A DNA stretch of 64,000 nucleotides from Nostoc sp. (GCA_036918135.1 JBALDB010000015.1:32001-96000), one strand, 5' to 3'. Shown: positions 20,057 to 30,793, counted from the stretch's first letter. A program made the numbers and translations. The notes: generated by a model from the sequence alone, not told the origin.

Positions 20057-22675
20057 TTAATCTGCCAGTTGAACAGACTGCTGCCACAACTGTCGATAAA
20101 TGGCTTCCATAGCCTGGGTATGGGCAACAGCATCGCACAAACCAGAAGCAGCTACTTGTTGTCGCAGATCGATCCGCAGCTGGCTGAGTCTTGGCAGATC
20201 GGATGCCAAAGCAGTAGCTTTGACTACATACTCTTGGGGAGTAAAAGCAATCAACTCTGGTAGCCCTACAGTGGTCAGCAAGCTAACTGCCACCCGGCTG
20301 ACATGGGTTTGCCCAGCTAGGGTAATAACTGGAACACCCATCCATAGAGCCTCGCAGGTGGTGGTTGTACCGTGGTAAGGAAAGGGGTCGAGGGCAATAT
20401 CAATATTGCCATAGAAAGCGAGATGGTGATTGGAGTCTGGAATCATACCAATTAACTTCACCCGACGAGTGTCAATACCGCAGTCGGCAAACAAGGATAG
20501 ATAGCGATCGCGGGTTGGCCGATCGTCGAACCAACGAATCTTCAGGATTATTCGAGAATTCGGCACACAGTTGAGAATTTGTGACCACAGGGCAATCACC
20601 TCAGGGGTAATTTTGGGCAAGTTGTTAAAGGAGCCAAAGGTAATTCGCCCCATACTCTTGGCGGGTAAGTCCATTACTGGCGGGGCTGTTGGGGAAGGCT
20701 GATAACACAAAAAGCATCGAGGTAAGCGGATGAGTTTCTCAGTATAATACTCATCTGTCAAATCGGGAGGGTCAGCCCAAGCATCGGTGAGGCGGTAATC
20801 CATGCTTGCTAAGCCCGTGGTATTAGGATAGCCCAAATAAGTAATCTGAATAGGGGCGGGCTGGCGGCTAAACATAGGCAAGCGGTTGCTACGGGTGTGA
20901 CCTGCCAAATCTACCAAGATGTCAATCTCGTCAAATCGTACTAAATCAGCCAATTGGTCGTCGTCCATATTGTAAATATCCCGCCAGTTGTGGCACAAGC
21001 CACGGAGGCGCTCGGTAACTGTATCTGGGTTAGGGACATTGGCATAGCAAAAAGTTTCTACTTGGGTAGGGTTGTGATGGCTAAGAATTGGCTCGAAAAA
21101 ATAGGCAACTGAGTGTTGGTAAAAGTCTGGCGAAACGTAACCCACTCGAAGAATTTTGGATTTTGAATTGGGAATTTTGGATTTGAAATTATTCAAAACT
21201 CTGTGCTTGTCACTATCCTCCCGTCCTCCCGTTGGCTTTGTAATTTGCTGACCCCACTGGTAATGAGCGGCGGCAACTGTGGCAGGGCTGTAGGCTGGCA
21301 AGTAATTGAGGGCGTAGAGCAGGTTGGAATGAGCTTGGTGGTAGTCTGGGTCAATCTGCAGCGTTTGTTGGAAGCAAGCGATCGCTTCTGGAACTCTGCC
21401 TTGGTTATTTAGGGCAAGACCTTGGTTGACATAGGCAATCGCTAAATTAGGCTGAATTTCAATTGCCCGCAGACAACTGTCAATCGCTGCACTCAACTGT
21501 CCACTTTGAATCAAGGCATAGCCGAGATTATTGTGGGCAATTGCTAGGTTGGGGTCGAGTTGCAAAGCCTGCTCTAGGTGCGAGATTGCCTCACGAAAGC
21601 GGCCAAGATTGTTGTAAAGAGTACCCAGGTAGCAGTGGGCGATCGCGCGATCCGGGTGGCGTTTGAGGTAATCCTGCAACCAGGCAATGGCCTCGGAGTA
21701 TTTCCCCTGAGTTTGCAGGGCTAACAGTAGAGCCTCCAAAAGCTTTGCCTCATCGGGCTGAAGCTGCCAAGATTGGCGAAGGTGGATTTCAGCAGCAGCA
21801 GTGTCGCCTTGTTTTTGTAGCAGTCTGCCTAGATGGAAATGAGCTGGAGTTAAATCACTTTTGAGAATCACAGCCTGTTTTAAAGCTTGTTCTGCCTCCT
21901 GGAAATTCTCCAAAGCAAGACATGCAACCGCCAGATTTAATAGGGCTTCGGCCCAGTCTGGTTTTAGTTGGAGTGCCTGCTGATAGGCTGCTGTAGCTAA
22001 TTGGTATTGCTCTTGAGCAATGAGAGCATTTCCGAGATTGTAATAGGTTTGAGCCGAAGGTTGCAGTTGCAATGCTCGCTGATGCTGAGCTACGGCTGCC
22101 TCTAATTGACCCAGCCCTTTGAGAACGTTCCCCAAGTTGGTGTGAGCTTGGGCGGAATCCGGCATCAGAGTAATGGCTTGCCGATAGCAGTCTGCCGCTT
22201 GAATCAATTTCTCCTGTTCTTGAAGAACTTTTCCCAGCTTGAAGTGGGCAACACCCAAATTCGGTTTGAGCTGTACTGCCTGTTTAAAAGCTAATTCTGC
22301 TGCCTCTAATTGCCCTATTTCATGGAGGGCATTGCCCAGGTTGAACCAAGTTTCTGCACTTTTGGGTTGTAACGTTAACCCCTGGCGGTAGATAGCGATC
22401 GCTTCTTCAACTTGTCCCAAGTGTTTGAGCAGACTTCCTAAATTCGTAAGCGCATCTATATATTTAGGGTCAATGGCTAATACTTGTTGATAGGTAGTTA
22501 GTGCCCGATCGAACTGCTGCTGCTGGTGGTAGTTGACTGCTTGGGCAAATAACTGGGCAGCATTGAGGGATTGCTGCCTGTTAGGAAGCTTTGTTTTTTT
22601 AGGGGATTGACTGCCAAACCCTTTGCCAGCAGAGATGTGGGTATTGTACGAATTCGGTTGAGGAATATTCTGCAT
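20057..22675 (-). CDS. TPR-containing GT41 glycosyltransferase, SPINDLY/OGT family
   Basis: About 12 TPRs, then VGYVSPDFYQHSVAYF, DLAGHT, YLGYPNTTG, FGSFNNLPKI, DPFPYHGTTTTCEALWMGVPV. Confidence 0.9.
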   Translation of the reverse strand: MQNIPQPNSYNTHISAGKGFGSQSPKKTKLPNRQQSLNAAQLFAQAVNYHQQQQFDRALTTYQQVLAIDPKYIDALTNLGSLLKHLGQVEEAIAIYRQGLTLQPKSAETWFNLGNALHEIGQLEAAELAFKQAVQLKPNLGVAHFKLGKVLQEQEKLIQAADCYRQAITLMPDSAQAHTNLGNVLKGLGQLEAAVAQHQRALQLQPSAQTYYNLGNALIAQEQYQLATAAYQQALQLKPDWAEALLNLAVACLALENFQEAEQALKQAVILKSDLTPAHFHLGRLLQKQGDTAAAEIHLRQSWQLQPDEAKLLEALLLALQTQGKYSEAIAWLQDYLKRHPDRAIAHCYLGTLYNNLGRFREAISHLEQALQLDPNLAIAHNNLGYALIQSGQLSAAIDSCLRAIEIQPNLAIAYVNQGLALNNQGRVPEAIACFQQTLQIDPDYHQAHSNLLYALNYLPAYSPATVAAAHYQWGQQITKPTGGREDSDKHRVLNNFKSKIPNSKSKILRVGYVSPDFYQHSVAYFFEPILSHHNPTQVETFCYANVPNPDTVTERLRGLCHNWRDIYNMDDDQLADLVRFDEIDILVDLAGHTRSNRLPMFSRQPAPIQITYLGYPNTTGLASMDYRLTDAWADPPDLTDEYYTEKLIRLPRCFLCYQPSPTAPPVMDLPAKSMGRITFGSFNNLPKITPEVIALWSQILNCVPNSRIILKIRWFDDRPTRDRYLSLFADCGIDTRRVKLIGMIPDSNHHLAFYGNIDIALDPFPYHGTTTTCEALWMGVPVITLAGQTHVSRVAVSLLTTVGLPELIAFTPQEYVVKATALASDLPRLSQLRIDLRQQVAASGLCDAVAHTQAMEAIYRQLWQQSVQLAD

Positions 22676-22694
22676 GAATCTCGACTTCAATCAC

Positions 22695-22807
22695 TTAGGG
22701 ACTGACAAATAAAAAATCTCTCACTGTTGACAGTCAAGAGTCTAATCGAGCCAAGCCGGAGACGCTCCGCCTCCGGTCAATGTGCAATTTTTATGTGGAA
22801 CAGCTTA
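22695..22807. mobile_element. MITE-like element
   Basis: Left end ttagggactgacaaataaaaaat resembles the reverse complement of the 17248 end; internal ccggag...ctccgg hairpin. Confidence 0.5.
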
Positions 22808-22835
22808 TGTAGTTTTCATTTTGAGAATTTTGACA

Positions 22836-24233
22836 TTATATTACCAAGGCTGGACGATGGTGAATCCAAGGTTTAGCTGCTTCTATTTGTGCTGCTAGGC
22901 TGATGAGTGTGGCTTCAGCCGCCGGCTTGCCAATTAGCTGCACACTAATGGGTAAACCCTTACTATCAAATCCTACAGGAATTGCGATCGCTGGTTGTCC
23001 AGTTGCATTTGCAGGCGGACAAGGGGCAACCCATCGAATAATATTTTGGAATGTTTCTTCTGGACTCAAATTTGCCCATTCTCCAACCCGGATGGGTGAA
23101 TGTAAATAAACTGGCAATATCAGTACATCCACAGTATCGAAAAACGCTACAATTTGCCGTGCCACTACTTGCATTTTGGCAACTGCTTGCAGATACTCAG
23201 CCACAGAACCGGTGCGGGCAAATAGCCAGCGATTCAGCGGCTGCAAGGCTTCAACTGGAAGTCCAGACGCCGCTACCCCAGCTTGCCAGACAATTTGAAA
23301 TGGTTCAACCAAACCGCTAAAGTCTGGAGATTTCTGTTCAACTTGATGACCAAGTTGTTCTAACAACTCGACTGTTTCTCGCACACCTTGCTGAGAGTTG
23401 GCGTCAGCTTCTCCCAAAGGAAAAATGCTAGTGTCAAAAGCTATTCGCAAAGCGCCAGGTTTTGTTTGGCTGGCGGCAAGAAATGATGTTTCGGGATCTG
23501 GTAGCCAGTAAGGATCGCCTGTAACATAGCCAGATATGGCATCCAAAAGCGCAGCAGCATCAGCTACAGTCCTAGCTATTGGGCCGTTGGTGGCAATTCC
23601 AGCGAGGCGTTCGCCGACGGGTGCTTTACTCACCCTACCCCGCGATGGTTTGAGTCCCACCAAACCACAACAAGCCGCAGGCCCCCGAATCGAACCGCCA
23701 CCATCAGAACCTTGAGCGATGGCACACAATCCTGCTGCTACCGCCGCCGCTGCACCGCCACTAGAACCGCCAGGGGTGTATTCTAAATTCCAGGGATTTC
23801 TGGCTGGAGGAAAACCCGTAGGTTCGCTGTAAGGTAATGAACCTAATTCGGAAGTGGCTGTTTTTCCAAGAATAGTAAAGCCAGCTTGTTTAATTCGTGT
23901 TACAACTCCATCGTCATAGTTAGCGATATTGTTGATTAATGCCGGATTTCCATAGGTACACGTAACATCTACTACAGAAGTCAGGTCTTTAATCGAAATT
24001 GGCACACCGAAAAATGGCGGTAGTTCTGAGGTAGTTGTCAGTAATTCTGTTTTGGCTTTGGCATCTGCGATCGCCATTTCCGTCGTGACTGTAAAATAAC
24101 TTCCTAATTGGGGATTCAACCGCCCAATGCGTTCTAAATATATTTCTACCAACTCTAGCGGCGATAGTTCCTGGCGACGGATTAATTGCGCTAACTCTAG
24201 TGCTGGGGTAAATGCTAAATCAACTTCATTCAT
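22836..24233 (-). CDS. Amidase signature family protein
   Basis: GVPISIKD, PGGSSGG, GSDGGGSIRGPA. Confidence 0.93.
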   Translation of the reverse strand: MNEVDLAFTPALELAQLIRRQELSPLELVEIYLERIGRLNPQLGSYFTVTTEMAIADAKAKTELLTTTSELPPFFGVPISIKDLTSVVDVTCTYGNPALINNIANYDDGVVTRIKQAGFTILGKTATSELGSLPYSEPTGFPPARNPWNLEYTPGGSSGGAAAAVAAGLCAIAQGSDGGGSIRGPAACCGLVGLKPSRGRVSKAPVGERLAGIATNGPIARTVADAAALLDAISGYVTGDPYWLPDPETSFLAASQTKPGALRIAFDTSIFPLGEADANSQQGVRETVELLEQLGHQVEQKSPDFSGLVEPFQIVWQAGVAASGLPVEALQPLNRWLFARTGSVAEYLQAVAKMQVVARQIVAFFDTVDVLILPVYLHSPIRVGEWANLSPEETFQNIIRWVAPCPPANATGQPAIAIPVGFDSKGLPISVQLIGKPAAEATLISLAAQIEAAKPWIHHRPALVI

Positions 24234-24441
24234 ACCTTAGTGAATGGGTAATTTTGTCTTTGTCTGGGATTTTTAAACTGAAATTGTTACTTTAGTAGGA
24301 TTTTCGGGAACTATAAATTCTATACTTACTGAAATTTGTCATTCATTTAGGATGTTCAGATGTGATAGGTGGGGTTATCTTCTTACTCCAGTCATTCTAA
24401 TTGTTTGGCAGATATTTTTGACAAATCCCTAAGGGGTATTT

Positions 24442-25899
24442 ATGGCTGACTTAGAATTACTTGTTAGTGAACTGCCAAAATTGATTCAGAGTCTGAAGCT
24501 CACTATTGGCGATTCTCATGAAATCATGCAACAAATTATCCCAATAGATAACGCTCAAGAACAACTCAAGAATATTCAAAAATTAATTGTTCAAGAATTA
24601 AAATTTAACAATATCAAAAGTTCGCCCTTCGCTACACTTCCTCGAACTGGTACAGTCGCTAGTTTATTTATTCCACATATTGAATTAGTAAATCCAGCCC
24701 TAGCTTCAAAATTTGGTAATTTAGAAACTAAACTTTCATTAATTGATTTACAAAAAAAAATTGATGGTTGGATTGAATGGGGTTATTTTTTGCAAGCTTT
24801 AGCTGCTGATATTCTTAGTGATGTTCAGTTAGTCAATCAACTTAATTCTGATAGCCAACATATTAGTTTGCCTGGTAGATTTAAAACAATTGCTGAAAAC
24901 TTAAAAATTAACTTAATGGGCAACTCTAACAATTTACAGCATCAAATACAAAATATTAATAATTACCAAAAAGAATTATTCCAGTTACAGCAAAAATTAA
25001 ATTATATTTTTCATACAATAAAAACTAGTCATAGTTTATTAAATATATTATTAGGAGTTTCTGCTTTTTGTGGAAAATCTGGATTTACTTTAGAGTGGTT
25101 GGATGATGACCATGAATTAATTATCTCAAGTAATGGTAAAATTCAAGAATTGACAGATATTTTGAATGATTGTGATGTTTTTCAAGAACAAATTGCTACT
25201 TTAATTATTCAGGGTGACACTTTAAGAGAACAAGCAGAACAAGCCCTAAAAAAGATTGAACAGCAAAGTAATAAAAAACTAATTATTAACAAAGTTTTAG
25301 AAAAATTACCAAAGTTTTTGACACAAGAAATAGTAGGTTCAGCTTTTATTCTAGTCTCAATATTATTATTATTTAGTTTTGATATTTGGCAAAAGCAAGA
25401 CCAAAGTTTGCAATTAAAAAGTATAAGTTTAACTCAAGAACAAAAAGCGATCGCCAATTTTAAATCTGCTCAAAAACTTGCTATGGAAGCTGCTTCTCTT
25501 GTTCAAAAACCACCACATTCTTTGCAAGTCTGGCAACAAGCAGAAACTAAATGGTATCAGGCAATCTACTTGTTAGATAACATTCCTGCCCAAACATCAG
25601 TTTATCAGCGAGCAAAAAATAAATTAACTGATTATCGAATTAACTATAACGCTATCAGCCAAAGAGTCTTAACTGAAAAAAAAGCAGTCACAAACTTACA
25701 ATCAGCCCAAAAGCTAGCAATAGAAGCTACTTTATTTATACAAAATTCGCCTCATTCATTAATAATTCGCCAGCAGGCAAAAGATAAATGGAAGCAAGCA
25801 ATCAATTTACTAGAAGCTATTCCAGAGAATAGCTCTGTCTCTATACAAGCTAAAGAAACGCTTCCTATTTATAAAACTAACTATGCAGCTATTAGATAA
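24442..25899 (+). CDS. Hypothetical single-pass membrane protein with two C-terminal helical repeats
   Basis: 485-aa ORF; TM near aa 297-315; duplicated SAQKLA.EA...Q..PHSL...QQA..KW.QAI.LL..IP unit. Confidence 0.7.
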   Translation: MADLELLVSELPKLIQSLKLTIGDSHEIMQQIIPIDNAQEQLKNIQKLIVQELKFNNIKSSPFATLPRTGTVASLFIPHIELVNPALASKFGNLETKLSLIDLQKKIDGWIEWGYFLQALAADILSDVQLVNQLNSDSQHISLPGRFKTIAENLKINLMGNSNNLQHQIQNINNYQKELFQLQQKLNYIFHTIKTSHSLLNILLGVSAFCGKSGFTLEWLDDDHELIISSNGKIQELTDILNDCDVFQEQIATLIIQGDTLREQAEQALKKIEQQSNKKLIINKVLEKLPKFLTQEIVGSAFILVSILLLFSFDIWQKQDQSLQLKSISLTQEQKAIANFKSAQKLAMEAASLVQKPPHSLQVWQQAETKWYQAIYLLDNIPAQTSVYQRAKNKLTDYRINYNAISQRVLTEKKAVTNLQSAQKLAIEATLFIQNSPHSLIIRQQAKDKWKQAINLLEAIPENSSVSIQAKETLPIYKTNYAAIR

Positions 25900-25907
25900 T
25901 TTAAAAC

Positions 25908-26092
25908 TAAGCAGACGAGCGGTAAAATTTATTGCTGGCATAAGGTAGTCCTGATGAAACAAGTTTCACCGCCATGCATGAAAAAGGAATATCCTCCACA
26001 CCCTACACCCTTTTTCAAGTCACAAAATAAGAGGGTTTGAACCTTATTCATCTTTCTTTACATGGTTAGGCATATTTAGTGCCTACCTACTT
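25908..26092. mobile_element. Degenerate MITE related to 19938-20054, opposite orientation
   Basis: Right end gcctacctactt; reverse complement atgtaaagaaagatgaataaggttcaaacc resembles gtgtaaagaaaagtaaataagactcaaact. Confidence 0.55.
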
Positions 26093-26953
26093 CAGACAAT
26101 TTTAGATTTTGCAAAAAGTCTCTTGCTAGATTTTCTTTGCTGGCGCAACTCGCCGCAACGAAAAATCCCAGTCCCTACTTTCTTTTTCAAGCTAGGTAGT
26201 TGCTAGCTCTAAATTTTGATACTCATCGAATTACTGACGATTTAAGAATTCAATACAGTGATTCTACTAAATTTAATATTTTATTTATTTTCTATAATAA
26301 TTTGCGTGGCGATCGCCCAAATACTCGCAAATCAAGCTTTTTTGATAACTTGTTTGTATTCTAGGTCTAATATTATACATCAAAAATGATCTTTAGAATA
26401 CTTTTCTTTTCAAGTAAAAACTATATATTTTGCACATCTAGCACAGTAGGAAACGCCGAGGGGGAGATTGGGTAAAAGGTACAAGGTAAAAGATACAAAA
26501 TTATTAAGGTGAATTTCCTTCTTGATTTTTGGTCGCTTTCTATCCTTGTGGCGCAAGCATTTTCCCTGCTCCATCTTGGCGTTTTAATTTTTCCTTCATC
26601 CGTTGCAGTAAGCTTACAACAGCTGCGACGGATTTTCGCTTTCTTTAGTTTCTGCTATATAAATGCTAGACAAATCTAGACATTTATTTCTTACTCTATA
26701 GGAAGCATGAGAGCAGCTACCCTTGAATAAGCTTTCACGCTTTAGCCAAACGCAATAAATTAATTAGCTTCAACTTCAGTTCTTATAATAAACCTTGTTG
26801 GTAATTTAAGTAAATAACGTTGATTTAATGGTTTGTCAAGATGTTTGTAACAATATTTTATTAAAAGAGAATAAACTGGTCACTCATCAGAACTCATACT
26901 AAGTTGCGTTCACAACGAGCGATTGAACTATGCAACTTACAAAGTGGATCGGC

Positions 26954-28237
26954 TTATTCTTGCGCTCCAGCCTTTTGCAGACTCCGTACTACATCCTGAT
27001 AACCATTAAATTCTGCAATCATCAAAGCAGTGTAACCGCCGCAGTTTTTTAAATTTACATCTGCTCCAGCTTGGAGTAATAACTGCACAATCTCTCCATA
27101 ACCGGCCGAACCAGCCCACATCAATGCTGTTGCCCGCGCTGAGTCTTGAAAATTCACATCTGCTCCCTTTGCTAAAAGCATTTGTATCACCTCTATGTGC
27201 TGGCGTTCGGTTGCCTTAATCAAAGCACTTTTGCCATCATCTGCTGGAATATTGGCATCAGCACCATAATCTAGCAGTACTTTCACTGTTTTGCTATGCC
27301 CTTGTGATGCAGCCAACGTCAAAGGTACTTCACCGAGGTTTTTACCATTGATATCTCCTCCAGAACGCAGCAATGCTTCTACAATTTGGCTGTGTCCCTG
27401 TAATGCTGCTACCTGCAATGGCGTATCACCCAGGTGGTTGCTAATTTGAACATCTGCACCCTTATTGAGTAAAATTTGCACCATATCAACATAGCCTTCG
27501 ACAACGGCAAGGTGTAAGGCAGTTTCACCATCTCGATCTTGAAGATTAATCTCAGCACCTCGATTTAGTAAAGCAGATGCGATCGCACTGTGACCTCCCG
27601 CTACGGCCGCTGATAACGCAGTTGTACCATCGGCGTTTTTTACCATCACATCAGCGCCCACCACCAACAGTGCTTGGACAACTTCTAGATGTCCCAAGTC
27701 AGCCGCTAACATCAAAGATGTTTCACCTTCCTCATCTAAGACGTTGACATCTACACTCGTTTGGAGGATTGCTTTTATAACTTCTAGGTGTGCGTGCTTA
27801 ACCGCCAGTTTCAAAGCCGTATCATCATCTTCGTCAGTGATGTCCACCCTTGCACCACCAGCCAATAAAACTCTTACTACATCCAAATGACCTTTAAGTA
27901 CTGCTGCCATTAAAGCTGTGCTGCCATCTTCATTAGTGGCATTGACATCAGCACCTCTAGATACTAAAAGTTGTACAATGTCAAGCTGTTTGGCGCTAGC
28001 TGCTAACATCAAAGCTGTCAAACCATAGAGTTTTCTTTTCAAATTGATATTTGCCCCAGCATCGAGCAGCGATCGCACAATTTCCGTGTAGCCTAGATTG
28101 GCAGCAAACATTAATGCCGTAGTGCCTTGGCGATCGCACGCGTCCACCCTTGCACCAGTAGCCAATAGCGCACACAGCCCTTTGATATCCCCACTTTTAG
28201 CAGCCTTCAGCAGCAAAATATCGTTGTTTTCAGTCAT
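26954..28237 (-). CDS. Ankyrin repeat protein
   Basis: About 13 G.TALM.AA..G...IV..LL..GADVN repeats. Confidence 0.95.
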   Translation of the reverse strand: MTENNDILLLKAAKSGDIKGLCALLATGARVDACDRQGTTALMFAANLGYTEIVRSLLDAGANINLKRKLYGLTALMLAASAKQLDIVQLLVSRGADVNATNEDGSTALMAAVLKGHLDVVRVLLAGGARVDITDEDDDTALKLAVKHAHLEVIKAILQTSVDVNVLDEEGETSLMLAADLGHLEVVQALLVVGADVMVKNADGTTALSAAVAGGHSAIASALLNRGAEINLQDRDGETALHLAVVEGYVDMVQILLNKGADVQISNHLGDTPLQVAALQGHSQIVEALLRSGGDINGKNLGEVPLTLAASQGHSKTVKVLLDYGADANIPADDGKSALIKATERQHIEVIQMLLAKGADVNFQDSARATALMWAGSAGYGEIVQLLLQAGADVNLKNCGGYTALMIAEFNGYQDVVRSLQKAGAQE

Positions 28238-28444
28238 CGATGAAATCCCATGCAGGGAAGTTTGATTCGTCTACCCTCAAAATTCAGCTTAAGCCAAAAT
28301 ATGCCCAAACGACTGCCTCGATTTTCTGCTCAACCCCAATCAATTGCATTCTGACTTCTTCTTCTATTTGGGCAACTTCAACTACAGAAAATAGAGCTAT
28401 GCTAATTTTTATGAAGATTTCTTTAATAATCGGGCGAGGACACG

Positions 28445-28915
28445 ATGAGTCTGGAACTTTCTCCGTCGGTAAAATATTGGCTGAACTTCATTCATCCGGT
28501 AATTATGTGGGTGCTACTAGCACTCTCAATTTATGCTGCCTATTTGGGATTGCAAGTACAGCGTACCAGAAATGCTCAGGGTGAAGAAAAGAAACAGCTG
28601 ATAAAAGGTAGATATAATGTCAAACATTACCAAATAGGGTCTATAATCCTAGCTTTTATGGTGACAGGTGCAATTGCAGCGATGGCTGTCACTTACATTA
28701 ATAATGGCAAGTTGTTTGTCGGACCTCACCTGCTAGCAGGATTGGGGATGATGATTCTAATTGCATTTTCTGCGGCTTTGTCTCCCTATATGCAAAAAGG
28801 AGCAAATTGGGCGCGTGCAACTCACATTCTGCTGAATTTCACGCTTTTAGGACTTTTTGCTTGGCAGGCTCTCACTGGCGTGCAAATTGTCCAAAAACTT
28901 CTTACTCAAGCATAG
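28445..28915 (+). CDS. DUF4079 membrane protein
   Basis: HPVIMW, HYQIGS, GPHLLAG, ARATH; four TM helices with conserved His. Confidence 0.85.
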   Translation: MSLELSPSVKYWLNFIHPVIMWVLLALSIYAAYLGLQVQRTRNAQGEEKKQLIKGRYNVKHYQIGSIILAFMVTGAIAAMAVTYINNGKLFVGPHLLAGLGMMILIAFSAALSPYMQKGANWARATHILLNFTLLGLFAWQALTGVQIVQKLLTQA

Positions 28916-28981
28916 ATTTAGTAGTAACTTATCTTCTCTTACCAAGTTCTGAGCGGAGGTTTCCTCAACTCAGACTTCGCA

Positions 28982-29019
28982 CTTTGTCCTTTGTCATTGA
29001 TTGATGACAAAGGACAAAG
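28982..29019. terminator. Bidirectional hairpin built from STRR units between convergent genes
   Basis: ctttgtcctttgtcat...atgacaaaggacaaag inverted repeat. Confidence 0.6.
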
Positions 29020-29029
29020 AACTGTTAAC

Positions 29030-29677
29030 TTAACGCTTTTTCTTGGAATCAACAGGAAAGGGTATTTGCAAAGATTTATGAAAATCTTCTTGGACTTTGC
29101 GAGTTAAGCGGCGGGAGACTTGGCGGACAATTTGATTAAGTAAGCGATCGCCTGTAGATTGAATTAAAGACTTGGGTAATCGCTCAATAAACCTGGGAAA
29201 GTGTAAATAAACTATCAAATCCAACTCCCATTCAACTCTTGTAACCTCTCCAATATCAGTAGAAACATCACTTGCTACGTTTTCTACTAACTTGAGAGAT
29301 GCCCGATAATCTACGTCATAACCAGGCGGCTGGTAGTCGGGAATGGGAATTGTACGGATGCGGTAAATACCTTCCTCTGGAGGTAATAACTCCAAACCAA
29401 TTTTCGGTTCTACTTCATAACCAAAAGAACCAAAACGACCAATTACTAGAGCATAGCCATTTTCTCCCAACGGTTGCACCTTCATCGGTTCGGCGCAGCG
29501 CGAAAACCATGAACTGTGAGAATTGAGATACTCAGCAACCTTCACGGCTGGGGCAAACATTTCCATACAGTCTTGATAACGACCATAAAATTTTGTTAGC
29601 GTCGCTACATTTGCTTGGATTAATGTATCGTCTGCTTCTATTTCTAAGGATTGATACTCGCCGTTTCTTAAAAGCAT
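29030..29677 (-). CDS. DUF1997 family protein
   Basis: WFSRCAEPMKV, FGYEVEPKIGL, TGDRLLNQIVRQVSRRLT; ATG 29677 preferred. Confidence 0.8.
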   Translation of the reverse strand: MLLRNGEYQSLEIEADDTLIQANVATLTKFYGRYQDCMEMFAPAVKVAEYLNSHSSWFSRCAEPMKVQPLGENGYALVIGRFGSFGYEVEPKIGLELLPPEEGIYRIRTIPIPDYQPPGYDVDYRASLKLVENVASDVSTDIGEVTRVEWELDLIVYLHFPRFIERLPKSLIQSTGDRLLNQIVRQVSRRLTRKVQEDFHKSLQIPFPVDSKKKR

Positions 29678-29854
29678 AAATGCACTAGGTATACTTTGGC
29701 GTTTGTCTATATTAATAATTCCCCGCTGACTTGAGTCGTTTCGCACAAATATCCTATTTTGACAGAAACCTCAATAATCTGCCATCAAGTCCATAGAATC
29801 ACTAAAATAAAGAACTAAACAAGCACACAATAGTTTCCCAGGATAGCATTTCTT

Positions 29855-30511
29855 ATGAAAGCATTTGTAGCAGGGGCAACAGGTGAAACAGGTCGCCGGA
29901 TAGTACAAGAATTGGTAGCGCGGAATATTCCCGTCCGAGCCTTAGTCCGGGATATAGAAAAAGCTAAGGGTATTGTGTCTCCTGAAGCCGAATTGGTAGT
30001 AGGCGACGTATTACAACCAGAAACTTTGGCTGCTGCGTTAGGAGATAGCACAGTTGCGTTGGTTGCTACTGGGGCAAAACCCAGCTTTGACCCTACTGGC
30101 CCCTATAAAGTAGATTTTGAAGGTACGAAAAATTTAGTCGATGCTGCTAAAGCAAAGGGAATTGGGCACTTTGTTTTTGTTTCTTCTTTATGTACGTCCC
30201 AGTTGTTCCATCCACTGAACTTGTTTTGGCTGATTTTGGTCTGGAAAAAGCAAGCTGAAGAATACATCCAGAAAAGTGGTGTTACCTATACAATTGTCCG
30301 ACCTGGTGGATTAAAGAACGAAGATAATAGCGACTTGATTGTCATGCAGGGTGCTGATACCCTGTTTGACGGTAGCATTCCTCGGCAAAAAGTCGCCCAA
30401 GTTAGCGTCGAGGCGCTGTTAGAACCAGCTGCACGTAATAAAGTTGTCGAAATTGTTGCCAAGCCACAAGCAGCCTCAAAAACTTTTGCAGAGCTATTTC
30501 AACAGTGTTGA
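29855..30511 (+). CDS. NAD(P)-binding atypical SDR/NmrA-like oxidoreductase
   Basis: VAGATGETG, YTIVRPGGL. Confidence 0.9.
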   Translation: MKAFVAGATGETGRRIVQELVARNIPVRALVRDIEKAKGIVSPEAELVVGDVLQPETLAAALGDSTVALVATGAKPSFDPTGPYKVDFEGTKNLVDAAKAKGIGHFVFVSSLCTSQLFHPLNLFWLILVWKKQAEEYIQKSGVTYTIVRPGGLKNEDNSDLIVMQGADTLFDGSIPRQKVAQVSVEALLEPAARNKVVEIVAKPQAASKTFAELFQQC

Positions 30512-30793
30512 CTGCAATCTGCACATCTTAACTTAACTTTCACTTTGCCAAGAGTAGGGGAGTAGTGTAAATTACAGTTAAAGCGATCGCTTTTAAACAA
30601 AACAGCGATCGCTTTTCATAATTCTTATATCCTGAGACTGGATTAAACGAAAAATACGCATAGTATGGAACGTGATAGAATCCATGATATTTTGACTGGA
30701 TCTAACCCAAATTTTTTAGCGATCTGTATGACTTTAAACAACAAATAATTGTTGTCGCAAAAATTTAAACATACAAAGAATATTTCTCAAAAA

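Noticed and set aside
28240..28584. 114-aa ORF overlapping DUF4079
   Set aside because: Spans a divergent promoter region and overlaps a better-supported gene in another frame
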